NCBI RefSeq assembly: GCF_006345805.1
Contig: NC_042997.1
Coordinates: forward strand, 187,736,001-187,800,000
Reading direction: 5' to 3'
Origin: Octopus sinensis
Taxonomy: Eukaryota
Length of the DNA stretch: 64,000 nucleotides
The position numbers and the translations under genes were made by a program. Below are positions 12,973-26,346 of this stretch, one piece after another (the first letter of the stretch is position 1; each line of letters starts with the position of its first letter). Under the pieces are notes generated by a model. That model was not told the origin of the DNA, searched no databases, and worked only from the letters and a program-made list of their open reading frames with translations.

Positions 12973-13402
12973 ATTTGCGGCACTAATCACTGTTTTTCTA
13001 TATCAGTAGAGGCTAAATTTGTATTTGCATGCGGATATTAGTGGATGCTAGCTACTGATGACGCACAAAGACATTGAAATCTACATTTAACAACTCCATT
13101 GCCGCTGCTGCACGCTTTTCGTCAACAGCTGATATTCTGTGCTTATCAGCACAATATATCTAGACAGGATGCTTACTTGCGGCGAATACTGCAGTTGTGT
13201 GACGTTCTACAGTATATCCGCGTTAAGATATATATATATATAAGTAATATTTGATATTTAATTTAATATATGTTAATCTTTGGATTGGTTTTTCTAAGGA
13301 ATTTTAGTGATGAATGTGAAGCACTCAATACTAAAAGGTTAAGTTAATTATAAACTTAATTTTGACTGGAGCTTCAAGTTTAGTCAAACCGAGGAAAATA
13401 TT

Positions 13403-13655
13403 TTTTCTTAATGCTTCATCATCGTTTAGCGTCCGCTTTCCATGCTGGCATGGGTTGGACGGTTCAACTGGGGTCTGGGAAGCCAGAAGGCTGCACCAGG
13501 CCCAGTCTGATTTGGCAATGTTTCTACGGCTGGATGCCCTTCCTAACGCCAACCACTCCGAGAGTGTAGTGAGTGCTTTTTACGTGCCACCGACACAGGT
13601 GCCAGACGAGGCTGGCAAACGACCACGATCGGATGGTCCTTTTTACGTGCCACCA
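13403..13655 (-). mobile_element. SINE or LINE-tail fragment with RTE-like (GAT)n 3' end
   Basis: The minus strand ends ..CCATGCCAGCATGGAAAGCGGACGCTAAACGATGATG, a stem-loop plus a tail similar to that of the RTE at 7824. The repeat is GC-rich in an AT-rich background. Confidence 0.55.
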
Positions 13656-14387
13656 TAAAGAGAAAACCGGGTAACTCCGTTTTAAGAATCAAACGTTAAG
13701 GCTGTACTTTACAATTGTAGAGAGAAATCCACAAAAGAGAAAAACTCCGAGAGAAAAAAGTTAAAGATTACTGAAGGGAGTTTGAATATACAATGAAATT
13801 GAAGTCGGGGAAAGTCGATGTGGTCATTTCAGTATTGAAATTATTAGTTTTATTTCTATTGAATTTATAGAGATCAAAAAAGCAGTGCGGTATATTAAGG
13901 AATGTGAAAATCATTATTTTGTGTGTAGTCTATAGGCATGTCTGTATGTGTAACGTTATAGTGTTTATGTTTATATGTATGCGCGAGAAGGATGTTCGAA
14001 TGTATGTATCAAGTTATTTATGTGGATGGCTTTTTTTTTTCTTTGAGAGGTTGACATTTTTGGTGAGGTTAAAATGGTTAATTAAATGAAAAGTCAAATA
14101 AAGATTCAAATTTAAAGTTTCTTTAGACATATATTGAATGATGTGTGCACTTCAATGGAATATGTACTAAGACGTCGAAAATATGCAACTCGGAGTAACG
14201 GTTATTGAACTTTTCAGCTTGCAACAAATAGGTTTAAACACTTTAATACGTTTTGCGTACTCATTTTTCTCCTTGCTCGAATATTTCTTTGTATCATAGC
14301 ATAAATACACACATACATACACGCCATATTAGAATAATTCATTAATCATCATCACCAACATCATCATCATCATTATTATTATCATTA

Positions 14388-14600
14388 AGGCGGCGAGCTG
14401 GCAGAATCGTTAGCACGCCAAGCAAAATGCTTAGCGACATTTCGTCGGCCTTTACGATCTGAGTTCAAATTCTGCCGAGGTCGACATTGCCTTTCATCTT
14501 TTTCGAGATCGATAAAGTAAATACCAGTTAAACACGGGTCGATGTAATTGACTAGTTCCTCCTTCAAAATTTCATGCCTTATGCCTATAATAGAAAGCAT
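14388..14600 (+). mobile_element. tRNA-derived SINE (type A, dominant family)
   Basis: Starts GGCGGCGAGCTGGCAGAATCGTTAGC (A-box-like) and has B box GAGTTCAAATTC and a conserved GTCGAC..GCCTTTCATC..GTCGAT body. It is preceded by an (ATC)/(ATT)n tract. More than 12 copies or fragments occur in the window. Confidence 0.85.
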
Positions 14601-15549
14601 TATTTTTACATCTTTGGTTCTTACTACTTTATGTATGTGTTTCCAGGCAGAAGCCATCCCTATTCATTCTTATATTAGAGTATGCTTTGTTTTTAGATTC
14701 AAGAACATGTTATCTGAATAATAATGTTCTATTGTAAATTGTAATTGTTTCTTGTTATCTTAACGCATTAAATCAAAGAGACACTGCTACATCCTTGACT
14801 ACTGACAACTGAAAGAACTGAGAAAAGAAAAAAAAAATGATGAATTGTTCGCAAGAATATTTGTATCTCAACTGAGAAAGAATTTGTCCGAAATATTTTC
14901 ATTCGTAATTGTCTGTTTCGGAGGGAAATGTACGTGCGCACGTGTGTGTTTGTAAAACTAATAAATCAAGGAGCATTTTAAGACTCAGACTCTAGAAAAA
15001 TATCAGCTTGTAAACTGACTCAAAGATTTCATTTTCTAAATTTAGTCTGTCTATAATTGTATGCCTTGATAATAGTGCTAACCATTGGATAGTGGGAATG
15101 ATAATAAACTGCCCAAGAATGTATAAATTGCGGCACTGCTTGAAGTAGTCACTTCGCTTCTATCATTTTTTCCCTTTCGATTAGCAGCTATGTAAAGCAA
15201 AAGTGATCAATGCAGGAACTTGTACGTGATCGCTCGATTCGCTAGAAATAGCAGCCTAATCTCTCCTTAATTACATCCTGCCATCAAAAAGGAAGGTTGG
15301 GGAGAACGTATCGGATAAAGTAATCCGAGATAAAACTATATCCGAAAAGACGAGATGATTACGACTGGAATGTCGTTAATCACAGGCCTGTTCCGTCAGA
15401 GTTAAAAAACTAACTAGCCCCGACTACACACTGACTACTGAAAATTAGTCCATAAATTATATATTTTATTATCAACACTATATTAGTAAGTAATATACAG
15501 AAACATAGTTGAGTGAACCGATTCCAATATACAAGTGGGAGATTATTTT

Positions 15550-16420
15550 AGCAACCTGAAGGAAAAGAAAGGCAAAACCGATCTTAACGAAATTTGAAAT
15601 AGAAACCAAAAGTAGTGGAAACTAAATACCGTGAGGCATTTTCGCAAAAAAGTCACACTGGAAACGTTCAAGTCCCTTTTCTTTGCGGTACAATATATTA
15701 CGAACATCCAGAGAGTAAACTGGCCTCTGTATAGAATTAACAGAATATATGCTTCCTGTGCGAGAGCTGATACTTTGGAAACAACAATTTCTGGAACCTG
15801 CTGTTGCTTCTTCCTCTTTTTCTCAGTTACTCTGAGCAGAAAGCTTTCAACGAATCTTTGTATCACACGCATAATAACTAGACTTCCTGCCCAGCATAAC
15901 CAATTTTATTCCTTTAATGTTTGCTTACACAATGGGGTGCACCTTTGGTATATCCTTGTGATCTTCGGAGGTTATACTGTTTCGTGTTAAGCCAGTTCTT
16001 TGTAACCTATCCGAAGAACTGTAGAATTCAACATTTCCTGAAGGACTATGGGCTTCTCTTGACCTTTTGTTGGAGTTCATATTTTATTTTTTCCTCGAGA
16101 CTTTTTGTTTTTTCTATCTCCGACAATTTGTTACTTCTATTCATTTTATGTTCACTCTATTGTAACAAGACGAAGGGTCTATGCTGTTAGTTTGTGGATG
16201 AGAGAGGGGCATTTGTTTGTCGGCTTCTGGTATTGGTTATGAGGCAAGATTTTTGGCCGTTCCCAGAGTTGAAGCTAGTAGTGTTCTGGAAACAGCAAAT
16301 TCTGGGTTCTGCTACTGTTGTTATTGCTATCCTCCGTTCGCTCTCTCCTCCTCTGTCATTTCAGTTGTACATGACAGAAAGCCCCACGATAAAGCCTACT
16401 ACTACACTAACCTGCACTAT
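15550..16420 (-). pseudogene. Possible highly decayed non-LTR RT remnant
   Basis: Only faint motifs: KSCLIT (cf. RSCLTN), IDPSSCYNRVN (cf. DxxKAxDxV) and LLILYRGQ (cf. LLTLYKAQ). Many stops. Confidence 0.3.
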
Positions 16421-17293
16421 GAGCCTTATCGCTACGATAACACACTCTTCCAGAATGGTTGTTATCTTTGGAAATCATTAGGAATTAGATGTCCATGCGG
16501 AACTCTCTCGACCACATCGATTTTCGTCACTTTGACAATCTATCCGTCTATACTGTGCTGCAAAAGTGACGATGAACCGACAGTCAGCGTCATTGCCAAT
16601 GTCCCTTACTGCGATCCACTCATGTTTTGTGGCTCCAGCTTATGGGCAGTAATGTGACACTCCTGTTTTCTTTCCCTCTCTTGTTGAAAATCAAGCGCAC
16701 GTTTCTGCATGCCTTGTTCCCATCCACATCAGTTAAAATTTTCTATAACTATTTTTGGTGGCATATTACAAACTCTTCCATTTTTTGAAAATCGAAAGTA
16801 TATCAGTTTGCTTCTTGAGAAAGAATTTTTTTTTTAATATCCCACCTCTCCACATACTTTTCATTTTCGGAGAAGAAAGCCATGTCTAATAAGACTCATT
16901 GGCTGGTAACACAAGCAAACCTTTGTTTATGTCTGCACTGTAAAAAAATTATGACGTTGCTATCACCTAGGTCTGTGTTTACAAATGTATTGGTCTGTGG
17001 AAATATTTCTGCGTTTTTTGGGGGGGAGGGGGGGGTTAAGATTGAACATACCTGTAGTAGCTTGTTAAACTTCTGAGCTTGATATCACACCGGCTCTTCA
17101 TTGAATAATATATAAACAAAACGCTTAAAAGTTTTTAACGATAAAAACTCAAAATATTTTATTTCTCTTTCAAACAGAGGAAAGAACAAAAATTTTCTTC
17201 TTACCTATGTTTGTATCCACAAGTAAAAACAAAGAAAAACATCCAATAATGAAAAGAATCCAAAACTTTTTTCCAGCTCGAACAAAACACGTC

Positions 17294-17380
<87 letters not shown>
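17294..17380. repeat. (AAT)n-(TAT)n-(TAC)n compound microsatellite
   Basis: Directly visible. The first two blocks are mutually complementary. Confidence 0.95.
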
Positions 17381-17389
<9 letters not shown>

Positions 17390-17870
17390 TCTGCGCGCGT
17401 AAACGAAAGCAGGGTATTGTAATCACTCATCTTGGTCTGTTTGTCAGTGTGTTTGCAAAATTACTGGAAAACGGTGGAACGGAATTTCACCAATTTTGCC
17501 AGAAATATTCATTAGGTGAGTGGTTCGAAATGATGAAATTTGTTTATCTTCAAATATACGTAAATACAAACATAGGTGTGTGTCTGTCTGTGTGTGTGAG
17601 AGTATCGTTTATTTATGAGTTTATTTCTTAATTTCACCAGAGTGTAAATACCCATAATTGTGATACTTAAAAAAAATTTTTTTTTTTTTTAAACCGAACT
17701 TACAAATTTCCCGATAAGCAAGTTTAGTCAAACACCCTCAAAGTTTAATTCAGTTCAATTAAAGAGCACGGATAAGCAATGCATTGTAAGCCACACTATA
17801 ATCTGTGGAAAAATTCATCTGTGCGCAGGGTTATGCATCGCAATTTCGATGGCTTTTTTTTTTTTTTTTT

Positions 17871-17907
<37 letters not shown>

Positions 17908-17908
17908 A

Positions 17909-18730
17909 GGCGGCGCGCTGGCAGAATCGTTAGCACGCCGGGCGAAATGCTTGGCGGTATTTCGTCTGCCGTTACGTTCTGAGGCCAAATTCCGCTGAGG
18001 TCGACTTTGCCTTTCATCCTTTCGGGGTCGATTACGCACTGGGGTCGATATAATCGACTGAATCCGTTTGTCTGTTCTTGTTTGTCCGCTCTGTGTTTAG
18101 CCCCTTGTGGGTAATAAAGAAATAGGTATTTCGTCTGCCGCTAATTCTGCCGAGGTCGGCTTTGCTTTTCATCCTTTCGGGGTCGATAAATTAAGTACCA
18201 GTGAAACACTGGGGTCGATGTAATCGACTAGTCCTTCCCCAAAAAATTTCAGGCCTTGTGCTTTTAGTAGAAAGGATTATTATTATTATTGAGGTAGCAG
18301 AATCTTTAGCATGCCGGGCGAAATGCTTAGAGGTATTTTGTCTGCCGTTAGGTTTTGAGTTCGAATTCCGCCGAGGTCGACTTTGTCTTTCATCCTTTCG
18401 GGGTCGATAAAATTAGTACCATTTACGTACTGGAGTCGATGTAATCGACTTAATCCCTTCCCTCAAGAATTTGAGGCCTTGTGCTTCCAGTAGAACGGAT
18501 TATTTTTGTTGTTGTTATTATTATTATTATTTTATTATTATTATTATTACGGCGGTGAGCTAGCAGAATCGTTAGCATGCCAGGCAAAATGTTTAGCGGT
18601 ATTTCGTCCGTCTTTACGTTCTGAATTCAAATTCCGCCAAAGTTGATTTTGTCTTTCATCTTTTTGGGGTCGATGTAATCGACTTTAGTTCTACTCCCAA
18701 ACCTTACTGGCCTTGTACCAAAATTTGAAA
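17909..18730 (+). mobile_element. Cluster of four tandem type-A SINE units separated by (TTA)n
   Basis: Units start at about 17909, 18126 (headless), 18291 and 18550. All share the GTCGACTTTGCCTTTCATCCTTTCGGGGTCGAT body. Confidence 0.88.
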
Positions 18731-18764
18731 GCATTACTATTACTATTATTATTATTATTATTAT

Positions 18765-18828
<64 letters not shown>

Positions 18829-20069
18829 TCTAACATAAGCCATGACCATAAATTTTAGGGGAGAGCAATAAATTGACTCTGAGAACTTCACTGGTACTTA
18901 TTTTATTATCCTCAGAATGATGACAGTCAACGTGCAACTGTGCGAGTAGTAACAGCAGTATCATAACAGACCACCGGCATTCCTATTACTGTTATATTTT
19001 TGCAACCCGCCTATCATTACCAAAATTAATACAATATCCGAAACTCCAATTCTCAGCAACCACCACTATTACCATACCCCAACAATCACTGCAGGTACCA
19101 TAAATCACTACTACAATTGCCCTTACACTCATCATTACTACCACCATACCTACTACAAATATATATATCCCATTCGTGTTGCCAGAATTTAAATAATGAG
19201 TTTTAATGACCGGAAAGTTTTCGATGGACGAAGGAAATTTCATATGTTAACTGCACGTTAGATGATGGGTGGTGGATGTGGTAGTGATGTAAAGAATATG
19301 AAGTAGGCAGGGAATGTTTCTCAATGAAGACGAGTGGGTCAGGCAAATAAGGAAGAACCTTATTCTCCATCTGGCGAATCAATTTTAAACTCAGACTGAC
19401 TTGGTCTCATGTATAAGGAAGAAAGAAAAGCGATTTAAGCTTAATAGCAAAAACAAAACTGCCAGTGTTTGGGGTGGGGTGGGGGTGGAGTGGCGAAGAT
19501 AAGAAAGCGGAATATTTTAGCAAGGTCTAGACTATAAATTGGAATGGAATTCAAAGCAAGAGTGAGATTCCAGCTGATAGGTGGAGTCCTTCTTCAATTG
19601 TTTGGTTGTGTAATTACGAAGTTCGCTTAGCATCCACTCGCCCCAAGGTTTGCAACACCTTGGACAAGTGTATCGTGCCACAGTCTTGACTTGAGTTCAC
19701 TAACATCTAGTGAGTGGAATTTGGTGGAAAAGTGTGCGAGAACTCATGTATGCGTGTGTGTGTAAAGGAAGTAAATAAAGACGGAAAACAGGTATTCGTT
19801 GAAGTATGTTGCACTAAGTCACACATGTTCCCTTATCACTTTCGGCAAAGGAAATGCAAAGAGCTGTAATGATTGGTCTGTTGGAAATGTGTAACCAATG
19901 TTGCTACTATTCACAAATTACAATATAAAATAAATAAAAATTACTAATCTTTTATTCATTAACGCATGCTAGTCATAGCTGATCGATTCGTTAGTATTAG
20001 TGAATTGCCATACCAATTGAAGGATAGTTCAGATATTTCACATAATTATGGTTCTGTGTAATTTATTCA

Positions 20070-20232
20070 GGCGTAAGAGTGGCCGTGTGGTAAGTAGCTT
20101 GCTTACGAACCACATGGTTCAGGGTTCAATCCCACTGCGTGGCACCTTGGGCAAGTGTCTTCTACTATAACCTCGGGCCGACCAAAGCCTTGTGAGTGGA
20201 TTTGGTAGACGGAATCTGAAAGAAGCCCGTCG

Positions 20233-20285
<53 letters not shown>

Positions 20286-20480
20286 TGTGTTTGTCCCTCC
20301 AACATCGCTTGACAATCAATGCTGGTGTGTTTACGTCCCCGTAACTTAGCGGCTCGGCAAAAGAGACTGATAGAATAAGTACGCGGCTTACAAAGAATAA
20401 GTCCTGGGGTCGATTTGCTCGACTAAAGGTGGTGCTCCAGCATGGCCACAATCAAATGACTGAAACAAGTAAAAGAGTAA
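20070..20480 (+). mobile_element. tRNA-derived CORE-like SINE followed by a microsatellite and a second repeat module
   Basis: A box TGGCCGTGTGG and B box GGGTTCAATCCC are followed by CACCTTGGGCAAGTGTCTT, which resembles the CORE motif GTGACCTTGGGCAAGTCACTT. Minus-strand fragments lie at about 3063-3121, 39655-39790, 43800-43910 and 55960-56090. Confidence 0.75.
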
Positions 20481-20934
20481 ACAAGATCACTCTAAAATAC
20501 ATGGCTCAGTTCTACAATGACCAGCGGCAATGTACTGGGCTTGGATTATCTTACTAACCATTAGTTGTACAATACAAAATATAGTATGGTAGAGTACCAG
20601 ACTCAATTCCTTTTATGTTCTGAACTCGAATACCACCAAAAGTAGTATTTGAATTTAATCCTTCCGGTTTGATAAAATAAGCACTAACTGACTGCACCTC
20701 TCCCACTTACTGTGCGTGTGTATATATGTGTGTTGAAAATTGTTATTATCCAAGAATTGTGCACAGAGAGCTGTCTAGAAATTTAATTCCATCTGTATAT
20801 TCTGTGTTCAAATACTGCAACACAAACTCTCATACGAACGCGTGGTCTCGTCCAAGCCTTACGTACCAAAAGTAATTTCAACAGCTCTGTCGATTAATAC
20901 AAACTTACCGGTAGCCCTTTTACATATGTATGTA

Positions 20935-20981
<47 letters not shown>

Positions 20982-21395
20982 ATGTTTATCTAAGTCAGGA
21001 ATGAGTAACCTTTTTCAAGAAGCGTAATGTATAAATCATGGCTCATCATCAGTTGGGCCCACACTACTAAAAAGAATTCAAGATATTTCGTTAGGTATGC
21101 TATTCAGAAATTCCTGCGGGCCGCAAGAAAGTGAGAAATAGATATGAAAGAAAATAATACAATGTGTTTTTACCAGGTGATCGGTTTCCACTCGCATATT
21201 AAAATAAATATTTATATCATACCTAATTAATTATTTTATTTACTGAATCAACAGCATTTCCTTATTAAATCAGATTACACATATCCTATTAAACGAAACT
21301 TGAATGAAATTTTTTACGCAATACACAAAACAGACATTTTTTGAAAATTTATTTCTGAGAAACAGGACAAAATTTTAATAGTCCTCATACGTAAT

Positions 21396-21600
21396 GCGGC
21401 GAACTGACACAATCGTTAGCACGTCGGGAAAAAACGCTTAACGGCATTTCATCCGTCTTTACGCTTTGAGTTAAAATTTCGCTAAGGTCGACTTTGCCTT
21501 TCATCCTCTCGGATCCGATAAAATAAGTACCAATTGAACACTGGAGTTGATGTAATCGATTTACCCCCGAAATTACTGGCCTTGTGCCCAAATTTGAAAT
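21396..21600 (+). mobile_element. Type-A SINE
   Basis: Matches the 14388 copy along its length. Confidence 0.85.
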
Positions 21601-22214
21601 CAATATTTCTCATGTATACTCCTACTTTCTTTATATTCATTTGTTTATATAGCTTTCAAGTTAGGGTGATGTCAAATCTGGTAGAAAAGTAACGGGTTAC
21701 ACGCGACTTACATATTTCAGACTTTTGTGGAAGTAATATTGCAAACAGTCAAAATTAAATAGACCAAAAGACATCGGTATCTGACTTCAAGAAAATGTAA
21801 GCAATAAAAAAATTGCTCTATAATCTGACAGTTAGCAACTGTACCTATTGCAGTAGAAAACTAAAAAGAAAAATTGGATCATCTGTAGTTTTCGGGAGAT
21901 AAACATATCTAGAACTTCAGAAGGCCTTAGATACTATAAAAAAAAAGACAAACGATAAAACAATTTAGTTATTATTTAATCGACAATTGTGAAAAAGAAA
22001 TGTCTTTAAAGAAAGTCTGGGCGAGGTGTGTTAGCTAAAAGCCAAAGAACTTTAAGTGAGTATATTTATAATTACCTCGAGCAAATTTAACTTTCTAACA
22101 GAACATTTAACGACGAGTTCAGGAGAGTCCATTCTTAAATGATATGTATATGCTTGTGTACGGGCGACCGTGATTATGTGTCAATCATATTTTTAAGATG
22201 TTTTTTTTTTTTCA

Positions 22215-23049
22215 TAATATTGTTGTATTTGGGGACGGTCATGTTGCCAGTTTAGCCAATGAAAACACACGCACTATATATTTGGTGTTCACTCGCTTCA
22301 GCTTTATTTTATATTAATTGTATTTCGGCCAGAGTTCTTTTGTCACACTTCTGTGACCTCATCAGTGTTCCATTGCTTTCTTCTTTCTTTCTTGTATCTC
22401 TCCTTACTAACGATCTGCCATTTTGTATTCCTATTGTATCTTATTTGCGCGTGCGTATATCCCTGTGTGTCTATGTTTAGTGTGGGGGGGGTTGTGCATG
22501 GTACCTGCATTATCATTATCCCCGTTTATTCACGTTCGTTTAATTTACTTTTATTTATTTTATTCATGTTTTTATCTACTTATTTTTTCAATTTTTTTCT
22601 TTTTTGTATTAATTTATTTTGTTCATATATATAATTATTTAATTCCATTTATTTATCTGAGAATCGTATTAGTTTCATACTATTACTAATTTATGGGGAT
22701 CTTATTCTATCATAGGTTGTGGTGTGTGTGTGGGGGGGGTGCTAGTGTTCCATTCTAGTTTTCTGTTTAGGCTAGGTTTATCTTCTATTATATGTGTAGC
22801 TTTCGTAATTTGTCTAAGCGTTGCGTCTGTTCTATGTGTAGACAATATTTTAACCTCTATGTTGTTGAGTGAGCCCCCGTGTTCCCGCTCGGCGTGCTGG
22901 TACAGAACCGATGAGCTCTTCTCGTCCTTAAGTTCCCTCCAATACTCATTTACTCGCTCTCCTATGCTCCGTACTATCTCCCCTACATACGTCGTTGTCT
23001 TGTTTCTGCTCCGTTCCTCTGTAATTCTTATACTATAGACTACATTCAT
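22215..23049 (-). mobile_element. Penelope-like element 3' fragment: GIY-YIG endonuclease plus terminal repeat
   Basis: ORF 23049-22702 reads NVVYSI..TYVGE..RSIGERVNE..SVLYQHAEREH..VKIL..RQITKA..I..DKPSLNRKLEW. The adjacent non-coding block is homologous to 29505-29700 and has a hammerhead-like core. Confidence 0.82.
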
Positions 23050-24817
23050 AGCTTTACAGTTTATTTGTGAGTTAAATCTACATACAATACAGTTCCTATC
23101 AGTACAGTGGGTTCTACTAAAAGGGTAGGTTCTACCGATTAGGGTTTCGATAGGGTTATCTGGCCTTTCTGCAACCTTAATTCTTAGTTTATTTTCTCAA
23201 AATATTATTGACTTTTCTGAAATTTTTCCGGTCTTGTAGCCAAAATATAAAATATCAGGAAAATATATAATGTAATTAATTTCTTTTCATTCTTTTAATC
23301 TTAACAGTTCGTTAGCGATATGAACGGGACCCCTTGTACTAATGACTAGAAAGATATAACCAGCTATTGTATTTGTGCGCGCGCGAGCATGTAAGTATGA
23401 ATACGTGTGCAAACTATGACAGTAGAATTGCTCAGAGAACCTACAGAATGCATGAAGCTGGGCACATCTAGGAAGAAAATATCTATAAATAGACGCAAAG
23501 GAATAAATTGAATATTAAATGAAGGTCGATAACCGCTGGGTCAAACTGAATAAAGAATGAATATATAATATATTCTTTGTATAACGTATATGATGAAAGA
23601 AAGAGGAAGTCCGCATTAATTTTCTGACCAATTTATACCCAGTCATTATTAATGTTCCTGTATATTTTTATTTCATTCTGCACCCGATTTTCTTTTTCAG
23701 TTATTCTAAGTTAATTTCTTACCTTCTTAATGGTTTCCAAGTTATTGCAGTGTGGTGTAGCAATAGTAGCTCAGCTTAAAATTTCAAACTTATGGATACT
23801 TTGCTTTAAAAATATAACATGTTCAAAAGCTTGTCAAGTTTCGATTGTCTTTTCTGTTTTTTCATCCGTTATTGGATGGTGATTATAAGTTAATAAAAGC
23901 CAATATAATTCTCTTATTTTGTAATTTAAAAGAAACCTGTCTACACCTATTTCAATAAAGTTAGCAACTACTGACTAACAATAAAAAAAGTTATTTTAAA
24001 TCCTTGTGTTATTATTATTGGTATTTCAGGCCTTGTGCCTATAATACAAAGGATTATTATTATTGGTATAATGACTCCTCCACTCCCCCCAAAAACAAGA
24101 TTTATCAACTAAAGTTACCAATTAAAGTTGTTTCTGCAAAGTCAAAAGTAATCAACAAAATCAAACGAAGAGTGATGTTGCATTCATATAAACTAGTTTT
24201 TGGCGAGCTAAAGAAGGAGCCTTTACGCAGGCATTTAACTTGTTGGTAATAGTAAGCAAATCTTCCTCATATCACACCTACCACCTAAAGAAATTGAACA
24301 GCCTTGATATAGTCCTAAAAAGTAAGGCTACGATGCCGTTGACCATAATTATGCTCAATTATGGTTGACCTTTGGCTAAAAAATAATTAGATAGCAACTT
24401 GAAGATTGATCAACGTGTAAATATCTGCTTTTGAAGGATTATTGTCTTCAAGAATGTTGCTTTTAGTTTTTTTTTTTTTTGTGGTTCTATTTAAGATGAT
24501 GACTGTGAATTATGTATTACTGAAATAATTTTGGGAGGTTTATATGCATAAGTTTCTACTGAATATTTATATATAAGTTTATTGAAATAAGCTTGGGATG
24601 TGTGCGTGTATCACTTTTAAGTTATCTTTACAGATATTCTATAAAAATTAGAGGTAGCATTGAAAGATACGTTTCGTATATGTCTATGTAAACGATGCAA
24701 TCTATGATAGAGAATAAGTAATGAGTGTATATGCTTATTTTAAGAGTTATGGTTCTCCTTCAGCGCCACACCAACTCATTAACTTGTTTTTAGATTGTTT
24801 TTAGTCAACCATCCATC

Positions 24818-26282
24818 ATGTCAGCTACCTACGCATCGAAACTGAGATCTGCAAGTAGGGCTTCTCATCAAGATGATGGTCCTACCAATAGTCAGCTCAA
24901 CGAGCAGTTGCTGTTGCTCAAACAAGAGGTTGAGCACCTAAAGTCTGTTGTTGCTCTCTTACTGAATAAACAGTCTCCTGTTGACGCAGAGTCACCCTTG
25001 ATTTCTTCCCTGGAGACGTCCAAACCGAAGGGAACAAAATCGAAGCGGCCAAAGAAGGCGAAGGAAGGAACCGGCGGTCGTTTCTGCACATGATCGTTCC
25101 CGTGCGGATTCTTCCTCATCTGCCTTTTCGGTCCCGGAGGTTCCCCAACCTAATTTGAGGAGCGTAGACTCAAACCCACCTGAAGACCGTTGTTCTCCCC
25201 AAAAGAAGAAACGTCGTCAAAACTCCAGTGGGGCGGATTTAGCTATGAAACCTGACCACGATAAACGGTCTCCTGTTGACGCAGAGTCACCCTTGATTTC
25301 TTCCCTGGAGACGTCCAAACCGAAGGGAACAAAATCGAAGCGGCCAAAGAAGGCGAAGGAACCGGCGGTCGTTCCTGCATATGATCGTTCCTGTGCGGAT
25401 TCTTCCTCATCTGCCTTTTCGGTCCCGGAGGTTCCCCAACCTAGTTTGAGGAGCGTAGACTCAAACCCACCTGAAGACCGTTGTTCTCCCCAAAAGAAGA
25501 AACGTAGTCAAAACTCCAGAGGGGCAGATTTGGCTATGAAACCTGATCACGATAAAATCTGTTTGGATTCTCCTTCACTTGTCCTTCCCATTAATGCCAT
25601 TGTTCAACCAATTCTGAACGATCTCGATGTGAGTTCATCTGGGGAGTGGTGCTCCCCCAAACCGAAGAAGAGGCAGTGCAGTTCCAAACCAGGCGGGAAA
25701 ATTATGACCACTAAATCCATTCCGATCGACCCCACAGGCCGACATAAGTCCGATGGCTATGAAACCACCCTTTCGAAATCCTCCAATGAAGAATCGAATA
25801 CCGCAGCTCATAGTAGAGAACTTTTTGCCCACTCAAGATCGGCAATAATATATGGCAAAGCTGAATTCACCTGTGATACAGGCATAAACCGCCTAAAAGA
25901 TGACATTAATTTTGTTTCCATTTTGGTTGGAGAATTGTTCTCTGTGAACGAAAATGTCAGTGTTCTTAAGGTCGCTCGGCTAGGAAGATTCCAAGCGAAC
26001 CCAACCGCAGATACTAGACCACGCCCAATAAGGGTAATCTTTTCTTCTGATCGGGAGGCTTCAGTCTTTCTGAACAGAGCTCAGACGCATGCCTGGGAGG
26101 ACCCCAATATGGGTTTTCGCGAGGAATACTCACTAAGAGAGAGAATTCGCCGGAGGAACCTGATATCCGAGCTAAAGATGAGGAAACAAATGGGAGAGAA
26201 GGGTTTACGAATCCAAGATGGACAGATAATCAAGTCCTACCTCTGGTCCCATGCTGTAGTGCTGACAGGGAAAGTGATGTGA
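24818..26282 (+). pseudogene. LINE ORF1 (about 486 aa if one 4-bp insertion is removed): coiled coil, Ser/Pro/Lys repeats, RRM-like C-terminus
   Basis: ORFs 24818-25093 and 25155-26282 join if the extra GGAA at about 25062-25066 is removed. The N-terminus LNEQLLLLKQEVEHLKSVV is a heptad pattern. The C-terminus AIIYG..RLG..RPRPIRVIF..ER..RR.L..ELK.R..GEKGL.I is typical of CR1/Jockey ORF1. Confidence 0.85.
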
Positions 26283-26346
26283 GGGCAAATCGAAGTGAAG
26301 TTGATACCCCCGTCAACGATGCTATCTCTGATGCCCTTTATTCTGC

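Noticed and set aside
13030-13085. CTGATGA followed by GAAA
   Set aside because: The intervening sequence cannot form stem II.
19555-19605. TTGAAGAAGG..TATCAGCTGGAA on the minus strand, resembling the 58 kb hammerhead
   Set aside because: The core is altered and stem II does not pair. At most it is a decayed relic.
24770-24820. Target-site duplication for the CR1-like LINE
   Set aside because: Only a 5-nt ATCCA match with the 3' flank exists, which is not distinguishable from chance.
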